A stretch of DNA of 63,987 nt, the filler included, from Octopus bimaculoides (taxonomy: Eukaryota), in NCBI RefSeq assembly GCF_001194135.2. It is 5 parts of 5 records of this genome, joined end to end, with 100 filler letters (N's around TTAATTAATTAA, not from the genome) between each part and the next. Parts side by side here need not be neighbours in the genome. Positions count along the whole stretch, not along the records: positions 23,138 to 32,276 come from NC_068985.1; positions 32,377 to 43,703 come from NC_068986.1; 3 more parts are not named here. One strand, written 5' to 3'. Numbering within the stretch: the stretch's first letter is position 1; every line of letters begins with the position of its first letter. Below the pieces are notes generated by a model. That model saw only the letters and a program-made list of their open reading frames with translations. It was not told the DNA's origin and made no database searches. Position numbers and translations under genes: made by a program. Below are positions 26,935 through 39,630 of the stretch, in pieces.

Positions 26935-27251
26935 TGAGAGAGATATTCTCCGTATAGAATACACTTCTTAGTGCTCAAGAGGTTTAAATTTAAGCAGATA
27001 TATACATACTAATTATACACATATATGGATATATTTACATAGTATACTATTAAATATATATAGGTACAGGCATAAAATTTATATCTTTATATATGTGCTT
27101 GTGTATGAGTAGGTTTTTGTGAGTATGTATATATATATAACATAAATGGGTGTATGAGGTTGGTGCAAAAGGAAAATTTTCATATAGCATTTCTCTTATT
27201 TTGCTGATTGATCTATGTGTATGTATGTGTGTGTGTGTTTGTGCGTGCTTC

Positions 27252-27352
<101 letters not shown>

Positions 27353-27944
27353 GCGCGCGTGTGTGCGCGCGTGTGTGCGCGCGCTTTATCAAAATGTCAT
27401 ATGAAATTGCTGCAAAATTTATTTATGTTGCTTCTCTTAAATTCAATATAAAAAATCAAAATTATTTTACTACTAAGTATATGTATGTATCTTTTTCATC
27501 ACACTTTATATAATAAATTATCTTTGCTATGTATGACGTACATTTTCTGTTGGGAACTGATGTTTGTATGTTGAACAAGTGGAAGCTGCATAGCAAATTT
27601 TGCGGGCCTTGTCAAAACTATAAATCAATATGGTGGCATCTAAGTGTTCCACAACTTCTAAACATAGCAATTCACTGTGGCTGTTTTAGTTTTTGATGTT
27701 GTAGTTGTTGGTGGTTTATCCAGGTTAATGCTGATCGACCAGATCGATTAATATAGGTATTCCAACCTTGATTACCACCCTGTCTTTCATTTTGTTATCT
27801 TTTGCCAATGTGGTCCAATGTATTCTTTCTTTATTAAAGATAGTAGGGCGCGATTTGAGGGAGATTTGGCTGTTATTTCAAGCATATCAGAGACTACATA
27901 AGAGCATCCCTGTTAGTATAGTTCCAATCAAGGGACGTAAATAC

Positions 27945-28152
27945 TGGTTTCAAATTTTGTTTCAAGGCCAGCAATTTCGGAGGAGGGAGCTAGTCGATAA
28001 CATTGACCCCAATGCTCAACTAGTATTTAGTTTATCGACTCTGAACGGATGAAGGGAAAAGTCAACCTCGACGGTATTTGAACTCAGAATGTAAAGACAG
28101 ACGAAATATCGCTAAACCCTGAGTGCTAATGATTCTGCCAGCTCGCCGCCTT
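27945..28152 (-). mobile_element. SINE family A copy (left member of a head-to-head inverted pair)
   Basis: Ends ctgccagctcgccgcctt; central ggatgaagggaaaagtcaacctcgacgg. Confidence 0.9.
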
Positions 28153-28181
28153 ATGTAGCGAAAATAATAAATGAAAATTTG

Positions 28182-28375
28182 AGGCGGCGAGCTGGCAAAA
28201 TCGTTAGCATACCAGAGAAACAGCTTAGCGGCATTTCAAATTCCACCGAGGGAGACTTTGTCTTTCATCCTTTCAGGAATGATAAAATAAGTACCAGCTG
28301 AGCACTGGGGTAGATGTAATCGTTTCGTGCCCTCACCCGAACTTGTTGGTCTTGTGCCAAAATTTGAAATGAATA
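28182..28375 (+). mobile_element. SINE family A copy (right member of the head-to-head inverted pair)
   Basis: Starts aggcggcgagctggcaaaatcgttagc, 29 nt from the previous copy. Confidence 0.9.
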
Positions 28376-29525
28376 TTAAATGAAACTTTAATACAGGCTA
28401 CTCCAAGAATATAAGTAAAGAGTTAGTAACAAGTTGAATCACGGAACTCTTATTTTAGAGACAGTCAAGGAACACGACGTCGACAGTTAAAATGTTCTAC
28501 AGCAATTAAATTTATTCTGGAATCTCTAAAAGATTTATGTGTTTAGTTCCACTTTTACTTTTAACAATATCATGGAGTATATTATGAGAATAACAAGTTA
28601 GTTGGTTTTCTGTCTTCTGATATAGAATAATTGCTGACAGAAAATTTGACATATGATAATAGGAGGCATACAATGTCATATTTTAATAGGCCGAGATCCC
28701 GAAATATATTTTGAGATATGGTTTCAGTCAAAGAATGTAATAATTATTTTATAGGAAATAATGGAAGGATTGAGTAACATGAACTTTTTCTAACAGTAGA
28801 TAACCATTGTTTCGAACTGAAAAATAACCATTTTTAGTCAACTGTAAAGAGATTTTTCGTCTGCTGAACAATGCTCAGCTGTATATTGCGTTAATGCATC
28901 TTTCGTCAACGGGTGTTCACCTGTTCGGGCACTTTTTAATATTATTTACTGTGGCATAAAAATTCTTCAACTGCACTGAATTCCAAGATGACCTCCTCCG
29001 AAAGACCAGAGATTCCATTAATCTAATAATGATTATTTTTTATTTTCATAAACGATTTTTCTTTTTTCGTGAAACTGCATGTTTTCGTTTTCAACTTAAT
29101 ATATATATATATACGTCTGCATGTGTGAATTATGAACTATATTACGAAACGCCATACAGCGCAAAAATAAATACAATATAAAACATAAAAGAAAATATTC
29201 TCAGGCTTGACATAATAATTTCAGAACTATAAAACTCCAGTTTAAGATATGGAAATAATTTTTTTTTTTTTTTTTTTTATCTTCTACTTCGGTGCGGTTA
29301 GAACCACGAAAGCTTCCTTAATCAGTCAATTTTTCTCAGTCGAAATTCTAAAACAAAGCTAGAACTATTTCTTATATAGAATCAATTTGTAATTCCTGTG
29401 GTGTATTATGCAATTTTCTTCCTATGCAGATGATATGTTCGATTGTCATTTATACTTTCTCCTTGGGAGAATATTATTGTCAGCCTAACAATACTGGAAA
29501 TAGTTTCTCCTAAGATTATTCTCAG

Positions 29526-29559
<34 letters not shown>

Positions 29560-30031
29560 CATACATACATACATACATACATACATACATACATACCCAA
29601 AAACACACACACATATAAATAGTGTGTGTGTGTGTGTGTGTACATTTAGATATACGACTACTGCTACATGAGTTAGAGCTCCAGTTGGCTTACATTATAG
29701 CTGTTAGTCGACCACTGTATTGAGCAATGTTACTATTTATGGCATACAGAGTATACGTAATGGAAATTAAGGGAAGCACCAACAAAAATATTTATTTCCT
29801 ACGTACGTTTCAAAATTCCAATTATTTGGAACACTTTATTGCATTCTGTTGCAGAGATCAAATATGCAGTAAAAAGTTCTGTTGATCATCCATTGCAGCT
29901 AGGCATCCAGATGCACTTAGAATATCCAATGCTGGGTTCCAATACTGTGGCTAAACGAATGAGGGGAATATGTACTCAACAGAAATAGGAGAAAGTATTT
30001 ATTCGCTTGTTGTAATCGTTGATTTACTCAC

Positions 30032-30127
30032 TTGCTATTCAGAGTTTCATCGCTCGATTTAGAACTTTCGAGTAACAAATATAAATCACTTGAAGCACAT
30101 TCACTCGAAGAATTCTTTATAATTAAC
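30032..30127 (-). CDS. Candidate 96-nt internal exon
   Basis: Acceptor ctgtttgtattcag, donor CAA|GTGAGT; only one frame is open: LIIKNSSSECASSDLYLLLESSKSSDETLNS. Confidence 0.45.
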
Positions 30128-30203
30128 CTGAATACAAACAGTATTATCTACTCTACACAACGTGTTGCCTACTCCCATTGGTTTCTGGTGTGGTGGAGGT
30201 GGA

Positions 30204-30279
<76 letters not shown>

Positions 30280-31120
30280 NNNNNNNNNNNNNNNNNNNNN
30301 NNNNNNNNNNNNNNNNNNNNNNNNNNNNNNNNNNNNNNNNNNNNNNNNNNNNNNNNNNNNNNNNNNNNNNNNNNNNNNNNNNNNNNNNNNNNNNNNNNNN
30401 NNNNNNNNNNNNNNNNNNNNNNNNNNNNNNNNNNNNNNNNNNNNNNNNNNNNNNNNNNNNNNNNNNNNNNNNNNNNNNNNNNNNNNNNNNNNNNNNNNNN
30501 NNNNNNNNNNNNNNNNNNNNNNNNNNNNNNNNNNNNNNNNNNNNNNNNNNNNNNNNNNNNNNNNNNNNNNNNNNNNNNNNNNNNNNNNNNNNNNNNNNNN
30601 NNNNNNNNNNNNNNNNNNNNNNNNNNNNNNNNNNNNNNNNNNNNNNNNNNNNNNNNNNNNNNNNNNNNNNNNNNNNNNNNNNNNNNNNNNNNNNNNNNNN
30701 NNNNNNNNNNNNNNNNNNNNNNNNNNNNNNNNNNNNNNNNNNNNNNNNNNNNNNNNNNNNNNNNNNNNNNNNNNNNNNNNNNNNNNNNNNNNNNNNNNNN
30801 NNNNNNNNNNNNNNNNNNNNNNNNNNNNNNNNNNNNNNNNNNNNNNNNNNAAAAAGATACCGTAAGGCTTCTGTCCAACGCTTTAATGGTTCGGCCAGTC
30901 CGTCGCCTCAACGATTTGATCCACATCAATAATATTCTTGGACTACAACCAGCTTCATACAATTCTCAGATACAGTCAACTGAATATCTAATAACGGAAA
31001 TTGCGATATTTTCAGATTTAGAGCCGTATTTTCGCTCCAATGATTTTAATTGAAAAATTTTTTTAAACAACGATTTAATAAATACTTTTTCTATTTTAAC
31101 AGACACTCTCTCCCTTTCTT

Positions 31121-31151
<31 letters not shown>

Positions 31152-31439
31152 TTCCCTCCCCCTCTCTCTCTCTCACTCTCTCGCTCGCTATCTCTATCTC
31201 GTTATTTCTTTCTCACGCTCACCAATCTATTTTGTCTCTTATTTTCTCCTCTTTTCTCTCTCTTTTTTTCCTACTTTTGTGAATGTGTGTAGATATGAAT
31301 AAATAAGGCCCTAACTGAAATAGCCAAATGGACGGATAAGTAACGAGACAAGGCTTCACCATCGAATGACTACACTCCTAAGGCGATGAGGGCGCCGTTT
31401 TTGTAATTTGAGTCAAGCCTCTGCCTGGGGAAGAAGATT

Positions 31440-31660
31440 TGCAGTGTAAATTCTTTTCCGAAGATTCAGTAGAAACATCGTTCCAACCAGACATAGATTT
31501 TCTAAACAGGAGTACAAAAACTATGATCGTAGCCGAATTATGTTCGAATTACGTTTATCAAACTTACATTTCTTACCAGCTGAAGAAAGCTAAGTACCAG
31601 GACTTGGTTGATGGGTATTTTCGCGAAAGGATAGCACGCAACTTAATTCCTCATTGAAAT
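31440..31660 (+). pseudogene. Restriction-like endonuclease (RLE) remnant of a non-LTR retrotransposon
   Basis: FQPDIDFLNRSTKTMIVAELCSNY...QLKKAKYQDLV fits the PD..(D/E)...K..KY..L RLE signature. Confidence 0.6.
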
Positions 31661-32276
31661 CTGCTGACGCAGTTTCCCAACTAGAAAGAAAAAAGTTTGG
31701 TTTGTAACCCCAGCAAGTAAAGAAAGCCACGAAAGAGATAGTCGTGGTAGCTAAGAGCAGCTCATGGCGGTTGGAGCCTTTCGGTAGGCAAAGGCTAATT
31801 CACTCCTCAGTAGTCTACGTAGGTGAAGCGTTCAGGCTAAAAGGCCAAATACTTGTGCCCAGAGATACCTAAAACCTACAAAGTATATGTCCCACTGATG
31901 GAGTATCTGCAAAGAAATTCATTCACCTAGAAATAGTAATTTTGCTTGTTTACACTTTTTTGAGATCAGTGAATTTTCGTCACTGCAAAAAAGATATAAG
32001 TATTTGCATTGGGAGCCCTTCGCATTGAAGATCGGTGATTGTCGTACGCTGACGAAGGGTAAATACCTAGAAACCCGGGTCCGTGCGTATCATGTCAGAT
32101 CGACGATGGGAAAGATGACTTCCCTTTGCAAATACCGACAGGGCACAGAAAGTGTGTCAATAGCCAGCTGGAGGAGATGTTCTCCTTGGGCTACAAGCTA
32201 CAGTAGCAATCACCCCTAGGGGTTAGCCGCATTTAAGTAGCAAATATACTTCACGTTATATATATATATGTGTGTG

Positions 32277-32376
32277 NNNNNNNNNNNNNNNNNNNNNNNN
32301 NNNNNNNNNNNNNNNNNNNNTTAATTAATTAANNNNNNNNNNNNNNNNNNNNNNNNNNNNNNNNNNNNNNNNNNNN
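32277..32376. other. Artificial scaffold-join linker
   Basis: 44N-TTAATTAATTAA-44N. Confidence 0.95.
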
Positions 32377-32408
<32 letters not shown>

Positions 32409-32463
32409 CATACATATATATATGTATATGCATATATGTATATATATATATATGTATATGCAC

Positions 32464-32499
<36 letters not shown>

Positions 32500-32662
32500 T
32501 TGCATATATTTGTGTATGTATGTGTGCATCTGTGTGTGTGTGTGTGCGCGTGTGTGGCTGCTTGTTCATCTGCGCGTGTTTATCTATGTAAATGTACATA
32601 TAAGTATATTTTATGTATATGTGTATCTAACGCTCCACCTCGTACATAAATATGTATATATA

Positions 32663-33737
32663 CAGGGGTTGGACAAAATAATGGAAACACCTTAAAATTT
32701 CAAATAAATTAATTTCAATGTAGGTAGGACTGCCTTTGTCAGTAATTACAGCTTGAATTCTACGAAGTATGAAATCGTACAAAGTTTGAATTGTTTCGAA
32801 AGGAATTTTTCTCCATTCTTCAACTAAAACAGTCTCCAGTTCTTGTAATGATGATGGTGGAGGATATTGACTCCTTACTTGTTTTACTAAAATGCACCGT
32901 AAATGTTCAATAATATTGAGATCTGGGGACTGTGGTGGCCAGAAAAGATGTTCAACTTCACTAGAATATTCTTCGCAACAACATTAGCTGTGTGAATTGA
33001 TGCATTATCAATCATCCTGAAAGACTGCGTTTCTCTCCGGAAACTGTTCCGCAACCATAGGATGAATTTGTTCAGATAAAATGCTTAAATAGTCTTGACT
33101 ATTATTTCTGTCATGAAAGGAAACCATTGAGCCGGCGGATTTCCAAGATATAGACCCCCCAGATCATTACAGATCCTCTTGTACATTTAAAAGTTGGAAG
33201 AAGGCAGTTTGGGTCAAATACTTGTTTTGTCTGTCTCCGCACGTATACTCGGCCGGTAGTCGGAAATGAGGTAAAGGCTGACTCTTCCGAGAAAATAACA
33301 TTCTTCCACTGCTCTAGGGACCAATTCTGTAGGTTTTACTCCACTCTAAATGCATTGCAACGTTTGTTTTTGAAAGTAGTGGTTTTCTGATTGCAGCCCT
33401 CCCGTGAAATCTAGCTTTGTGTAGCTCCCGGCGAACAGTTTTTATGGAAACTGGGTTCTCGAGGTGGTCATTAATCGCTCTGCAGTAATTTTGGGAGCTG
33501 TACTTTTGTGATGCTTTCTAACAATTCGCGCAAGAATCCAACGGTCCCTATCTGAAAGTTTTGTTTCGACGAGGAGGTTTTTCCCTCTTTCTCAAAGTCT
33601 GCAATTATTTTCGAGACAGTACTTCTTGATACACCAAATATTTCAGCTGTTTTCGTTACGCTAGCGCCTGCTATACGAGCATCAACAATTTGACCACATT
33701 AAAAGGACAATAGATCTGTCATTGTAATGAATTTTAA
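32663..33737 (-). mobile_element. Tc1-family transposon copy 2 (near-complete pseudo-transposase 33722 to about 32718, one TIR)
   Basis: TA followed by TIR CAGGGGTTGGACAAAATAATGGAAACACC; MTDLLSF*CGQIVDARIAGASVTKTAEIFGVSRSTVSK...WPPQSPDLNIIEHL...YPPPSSLQELETVLVEEW; contains stops and frameshifts. Confidence 0.95.
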
Positions 33738-33839
33738 GCATACAATTTTAAGGCGGTTCTATAAATTGTATGCCCTCTCTGCCTCTCCTTCTCTCTCAAT
33801 TTATGTAAACTTTAATAAAGATAAGATCGTTATTTAAAA

Positions 33840-33889
<50 letters not shown>

Positions 33890-33928
33890 NNNNNNNNNNN
33901 NNNNNNNNNNNNNNNNNNNNNNNNNNNN

Positions 33929-33974
<46 letters not shown>

Positions 33975-34199
33975 GTTTCTGCCTATGTCCTAGTGTAGTA
34001 CCGAGGATGTGGAGACTAAAAGGAGGGCTGCATTAGCAGCCATTTGGTCCTCATTTATAGTTGAATAGACAGGCCCGCATGGAACGATGCGCCTTAATCA
34101 AAATCACGACACCAGACTAGTCTAAGAATTAAATGCAGGACCCTTCACGCCTATTCACAACACGATAACTACAAGACCACATATCTTTTTCGGGATACA

Positions 34200-34800
34200 A
34201 CTGACACTTGAAGTGCATTGCTAGAGAACGGCAAAATTGACCCCGGCGAAATTCGCACTAAGAACGTAGTGAATCGTAAAACTTCTACGTTTTTGTCTGA
34301 CGCTCTAATTACTCTGCCAGCTACCTGCATTATTTTTCAAGTCCTTACACAAGGTCAGCAATTATGATTGACTAGTACTTTATCTCATTGACCCTGAAAG
34401 GACGAAAAACGAAAGATGACTTCGGCGTGATTTAAATTCAGATCATTAACGTCAGAAGAAATGCAACAAAATATTTTCACCAACGTGTCAGCGATACAAC
34501 TAGCTCATCGCCTTCTAACAAATGTTTCACATTTTGGCACAAGGCCTGCAATTTTGGAGGTGGTGGGTAGTTTATCACATCCCCCCTGAGCTCAATTGGT
34601 ATAATACTTATTTTATTGACGTCGAAAGGATGAAATGTCAAGTCAACCACGGCGGAATTTGAACACAAAAAGTAAAGACTTGGATGAAATGTCAATAAAT
34701 ATTTGATAAAACAAAAAGTGAAATTAACTTCTGTTCTGCTTGAACTCAGAACTTAAAGAGCTTGAGTAAATACCGCGCTAATGATGCTGCTCATCAATTG
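34200..34800 (-). mobile_element. Cluster of about four degraded SINE family A copies
   Basis: Repeated gacc(c)cgaaaggatgaaa / ggcggaatttgaac motifs on the minus strand. Confidence 0.7.
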
Positions 34801-35196
34801 CATAAAATGATAATTTAATGTTCTAATTCTCATCTCTATGAAACTCATTAACTTCTATGAAATTTATATTAAGTCCTGCATCTAACTGAACTTAGTGAAA
34901 CCGTGTTAAAAAATAAACTATTACGTTCTTTTATGTAAGAAATCATTAGCTTAAATTCCATCTAAAATATATCACAGACATATACTGTGATATCTAACTT
35001 TATATGTAAATAATTTATCAGGTCACTTGAATGTGCTAATATCTTTGGTACACGATATCAGATAAACTCTATTCAGTATTGCTTAATTAATTCATACTTC
35101 GCTATCTCTTGTACCAATTCTTAATAGTTACAGCATAGAGACAGCTGATCTATATCGCACCAGTTGAGATTGGTGTAACTTAACCACAAAACAACT

Positions 35197-35241
<45 letters not shown>

Positions 35242-36382
35242 ATTTTTAAACTTTTAAATTTTCATATTCAAAAGAGACAGAGACTTCNNNNNNNNNNNNN
35301 NNNNNNNNNNNNNNNNNNNNNNNNNNNNNNNNNNNNNNNNNNNNNNNNNNNNNNNNNNNNNNNNNNNNNNNNNNNNNNNNNNNNNNNNNNNNNNNNNNNN
35401 NNNNNNNNNNNNNNNNNNNNNNNNNNNNNNNNNNNNNNNNNNNNNNNNNNNNNNNNNNNNNNNNNNNNNNNNNNNNNNNNNNNNNNNNNNNNNNNNNNNN
35501 NNNNNNNNNNNNNNNNNNNNNNNNNNNNNNNNNNNNNNNNNNNNNNNNNNNNNNNNNNNNNNNNTATATATATATATATATAAATGTATTTCTCTCTCTC
35601 TATATATATATAAATGTATTTCTCTCTCTCTCTATATATATATAAATGTATTTCTCTATATCTTTCCCTACTCTCCCTATAAGTATGTATGTATATATGT
35701 GTTAGTGTATCTATGTGTGTGCCTGCGTGTGAATATGTGTGTAATAAAGGGCAAATAAAATGTCCAGGAAAAAAGTATGATGGTTGAAGGGAAGCTATTT
35801 ATTCCTAATTATATCAAAAATTAATAGCCCAAATATTTTGCTCTCAACCCCATGTGGTTAATGTTAGGTCGTTTCCTTATTGAATGTCAGAGGTCAAAAT
35901 GACCACCGTAGAGTGACAACTCCCCATGTATTGCATTCCAACCCTTTAACATATGTGCGTGTGTGTGAGTATGTGTTATAGTTGCTTATATATGTAGACG
36001 TATATGTATGTGTATATATATATATATATATATAAATATACATATATATTTATTGATACAAACATATATACATATACACATACACACGCATATATATATA
36101 CATACATATATATACAGACACACACATTCTACCCGTGACTTCCTAAACCCAAATTTGTAAATTGCAAATTCTTTAATACACAGCTGTTTCCAGCACACCA
36201 CATTTAACAGATATAACATTTCAATTCCTGTTATAGGTCTGACTGACATTCCCCTGGTCATTACTTCTACTGTCACCCCGCTCTCTCTCACTCTTTTGTG
36301 TCCTCTCTATCCTCCTCTGTTTCTCCCTGTATATATATTCTCAACAATTATCCCAATTTAATTTTAGTCAATAAATCTGTGA

Positions 36383-36536
36383 AACAGTTCTATAATTAAG
36401 AGATGAGGAATTATGTACATTATTTACATTTGACAGATATTTGTCCTCATCTTGTTTGTTGTTAACTCAATGTTTCAGCTGATATACCCTCCAGCCTTCA
36501 TCAGGTGTCTTGGGGAAATTCCAAGGTATTTTTCAA

Positions 36537-36581
<45 letters not shown>

Positions 36582-36672
36582 TATTACTATTATTATTATT
36601 ATTATTGCCTTTGCACAGCTTGTAACGCTGAAGATGTACTACAGAGTCAGCTGATTATTATTATTATTATTA

Positions 36673-36725
<53 letters not shown>

Positions 36726-37369
36726 TTCCTGAATAATAGGCTGCCCAGTCCTGGCTAAGAAGGAATATATTCACAGACACGAAAGAGCTGGAACCTATAT
36801 ACACTGGAAGCTATGCCAACACTATGGAATAACAACAGAAAAAAGATGGTATAAACACACGCCAGAAAAGGTCACAGAGAACGAGAAAGCAACCATACTC
36901 TGGGATATGCCAATACACACAGANNNNNNNNNNNNNNNNNNNNNNNNNNNNNNNNNNNNNNNNNNNNNNNNNNNNNNNNNNNNNNNNNNNNNNNNNNNNN
37001 NNNNNNNNNNNNNNNNNNNNNNNNNNNNNNNNNNNNNNNNNNNNNNNNNNNNNNNNNNNNNNNNNNNNNNNNNNNNNNNNNNNNNNNNNNNNNNNNNNNN
37101 NNNNNNNNNNNNNNNNNNNNNNNNNNNNNNNNNNNNNNNNNNNNNNNNNNNNNNNNNNNNNNNNNNNNNNNNNNNNNNNNNNNNNNNNNNNNNNNNNNNN
37201 NNNNNNNNNNNNNNNNNNNNNNNNNNNNNNNNNNNNNNNNNNNNNNNNNNNNNNNNNNNNNNNNNNNNNAAGAGCATCACAACAAACCACAGCACATACC
37301 CAAGGCGCACAGAGCTGCGCTCGGTAGTGAAGAGAAAGCACGTTATAAAAATAAAACTACTGGATAATA

Positions 37370-37451
<82 letters not shown>

Positions 37452-37623
37452 CAACAACAACAATAATAATATTAATAATAATAACAATAAAAATAACAAA
37501 TATACCTTAAGAATGAGAACCGAGTTTCGAAATTTCCCCAGGACACCTGATGAAGGCTGGAGGGTATATCAGCAGAAACGTTGTGTTAACAACAAAGATT
37601 AGGACAAATATCTGTCAAATGTA
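36383..37623. mobile_element. Composite insertion: inverted pair of hammerhead tails with a nested R4/Dong fragment, bounded by a 13-bp TSD
   Basis: Direct repeat AATAAATCTGTGA at 36370-36382 and 37624-37636; minus arm about 36385-36537, plus arm about 37503-37623. Confidence 0.85.
36735..37372 (+). pseudogene. R4/Dong-like LINE 3' fragment (zinc-knuckle region, gap, 3' UTR), followed by an (AAT)n tail
   Basis: GCPVLAKKEYIHRHERAGTYIHWKLCQHYGITTEKRWYKHTPEKVTENEKATILWDMPIHT resembles R4/Dong sequence between the CCHC knuckle and the RLE. Confidence 0.9.
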
Positions 37624-37759
37624 AATAAATCTGTGACATTTTATTTAAGAGACATAAGAATTATCAGCCGACCTCTTGGTCATAGCAGACGAAATGGAAA
37701 AGGTATTGCCCCAGAGGATGGAGAGAGAGAGAGACAGACAGAGAGATGCGCTGGAACAA

Positions 37760-38330
37760 CTACACCTTGTGGTACTCGCACTTGTCGATAGCCATTCTCT
37801 GCCGCGTTTGCAGTGAGTTGGGATGTAGTTCAAGGAACAAAAACACTGGAAGTTCCTACCGCCATTCGCTCGACCACAAACGTTTCAGAGAGCAGTCGGA
37901 GCTTTCAAAATTTACCATTCTCGGTTTGATGCGCTGCAATGTCTGGGCTGGCAGCCGGACACACATGGTTACCGATGAAAATTGTCTTGCCGCATGTGGG
38001 ATCCGAAGTCCACCACTGGCGGAGCGAGAAAGCTGTCGTGTCGTCTGGGCTTTTACCGCCTTCACTATCCAACTATGCAGGCTTGAGCTGGGACGGAGAA
38101 GCCTGCAGCTTATAGGTCATGTTATATGATCTCATTGAGAACAGCATGGCGTGGTAAGTAGCCAGCACTATTACAGCATGACAACGGATGAAGGCCAAAA
38201 GAAACCACAATGTACACTCAGCAGCATTTTTTCGGTTCATAGATCTGGATGCCAAGCCCCAAGGAAACACAAATGCGCAACCAGTCGCTATCCAATTGAG
38301 TACCAGTCGAGATTAATGTCACTGCATTGT
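37760..38330 (+). pseudogene. Decayed RTE/CR1-like LINE C-terminal fragment
   Basis: LMRCNVWAGSRTHMVTDENCLAACGIRS and RRSLQLIGHVI resemble MRCLRRI..I.W.D.VTNEEVL and RRRL.W.GHV. Confidence 0.5.
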
Positions 38331-39250
38331 GTACGGCACCGCTATGTGTTTAGGAGGCCGAGCGGAGATAAATGCTAGACACTATGGTCAAGATGGTGCA
38401 CCAGGCTATCCTAGTTCATGCTGCATTGAATGGCGCCCCTTTTATTTATTTATTTATTTATTTATTTATTTTTGCTTTTGTTTTGGCGGGGAAGCTTTCA
38501 CAATGTGGGGTGTGCCTGGGTCTATATCACATGTTAGTGTGAATATGTTTGCTTCTGTNNNNNNNNNNNNNNNNNNNNNNNNNNNNNNNNNNNNNNNNNN
38601 NNNNNNNNNNNNNNNNNNNNNNNNNNNNNNNNNNNNNNNNNNNNNNNNNNNNNNNNNNNNNNNNNNNNNNNNNNNNNNNNNNNNNNNNNNNNNNNNNNNN
38701 NNNNNNNNNNNNNNNNNNNNNNNNNNNNNNNNNNNNNNNNNNNNNNNNNNNNNNNNNNNNNNNNNNNNNNNNNNNNNNNNNNNNNNNNNNNNNNNNNNNN
38801 NNNNNNNNNNNNNNNNNNNNNNNNNNNNNNNNNNNNNNNNNNNNNNNNNNNNNNNNNNNNNNNNNNNNNNNNNNNNNNNNNNNNNNNNNNNNNNNNNNNN
38901 NNNNNNNNNNNNNNNNNNNNNNNNNNNNNNNNNNNNNNNNNNNNNNNNNNNNNNNNNNNNNNNNNNNNNNNNNNNNNNNNNNNNNNNNNNNNNNNNNNNN
39001 NNNNNNNNNNNNNNNNNNNNNNNNNNNNNNNNNNNNNNNNNNNNNNNNNNNNNNNNNNNNNNNNNNNNNNNNNNNNNNNNNNNNNNNNNNNNNNNNNNNN
39101 NNNNNNNNNNNNNNNNNNNNNNNNNNNNNNNNNNNNNNNNNNNNNNNNNNNNNNNNNNNNNNNNNNNNNNNNNNNNNNNNNNNNNNNNNNNNNNNNNNNN
39201 NNNNNNNNNNNNNNNNNNNNNNNNNNNNNNNNNNNNNNNNNNNNNNNNNN

Positions 39251-39297
<47 letters not shown>

Positions 39298-39404
39298 AAT
39301 AGATACATACATACATGCATACATACATATATAGTGATATAGATATAGATATATAATGTGTGTGTATATATATGTATATATTTATGCATATATATGTGTT
39401 ATTT

Positions 39405-39630
39405 CTTTACTGCCCAGAAGGGGCCACACACAGAGGGGACAAACAAAGACAGACAAACGGATTAAGTCGATTATATCGACCCCAGTGCGTAACTAGTACT
39501 TATTTAATCGACCCCGAAAGGATGAAAGGCAAAGTCGACCTCGGCGGAATTTGAACTCAGAACGTAGCGGCAGACGAAATACCGCTAAGCATTTCGCCCA
39601 GCGTGCTAACGTTTCTGCTAGCTCACCGCC
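39405..39630 (-). mobile_element. Well-preserved full-length SINE family A (alternative 3' tail)
   Basis: tttaatcgaccccgaaaggatgaaaggcaaagtcgacctcggcggaatttgaactcagaacg...ctgctagctcaccgcct. Confidence 0.95.

Noticed and set aside
30851-31053. 66-codon plus-strand open frame after the gap
   Set aside because: No splice or start support; the minus strand faintly resembles a decayed mariner HTH region, too weakly to call.
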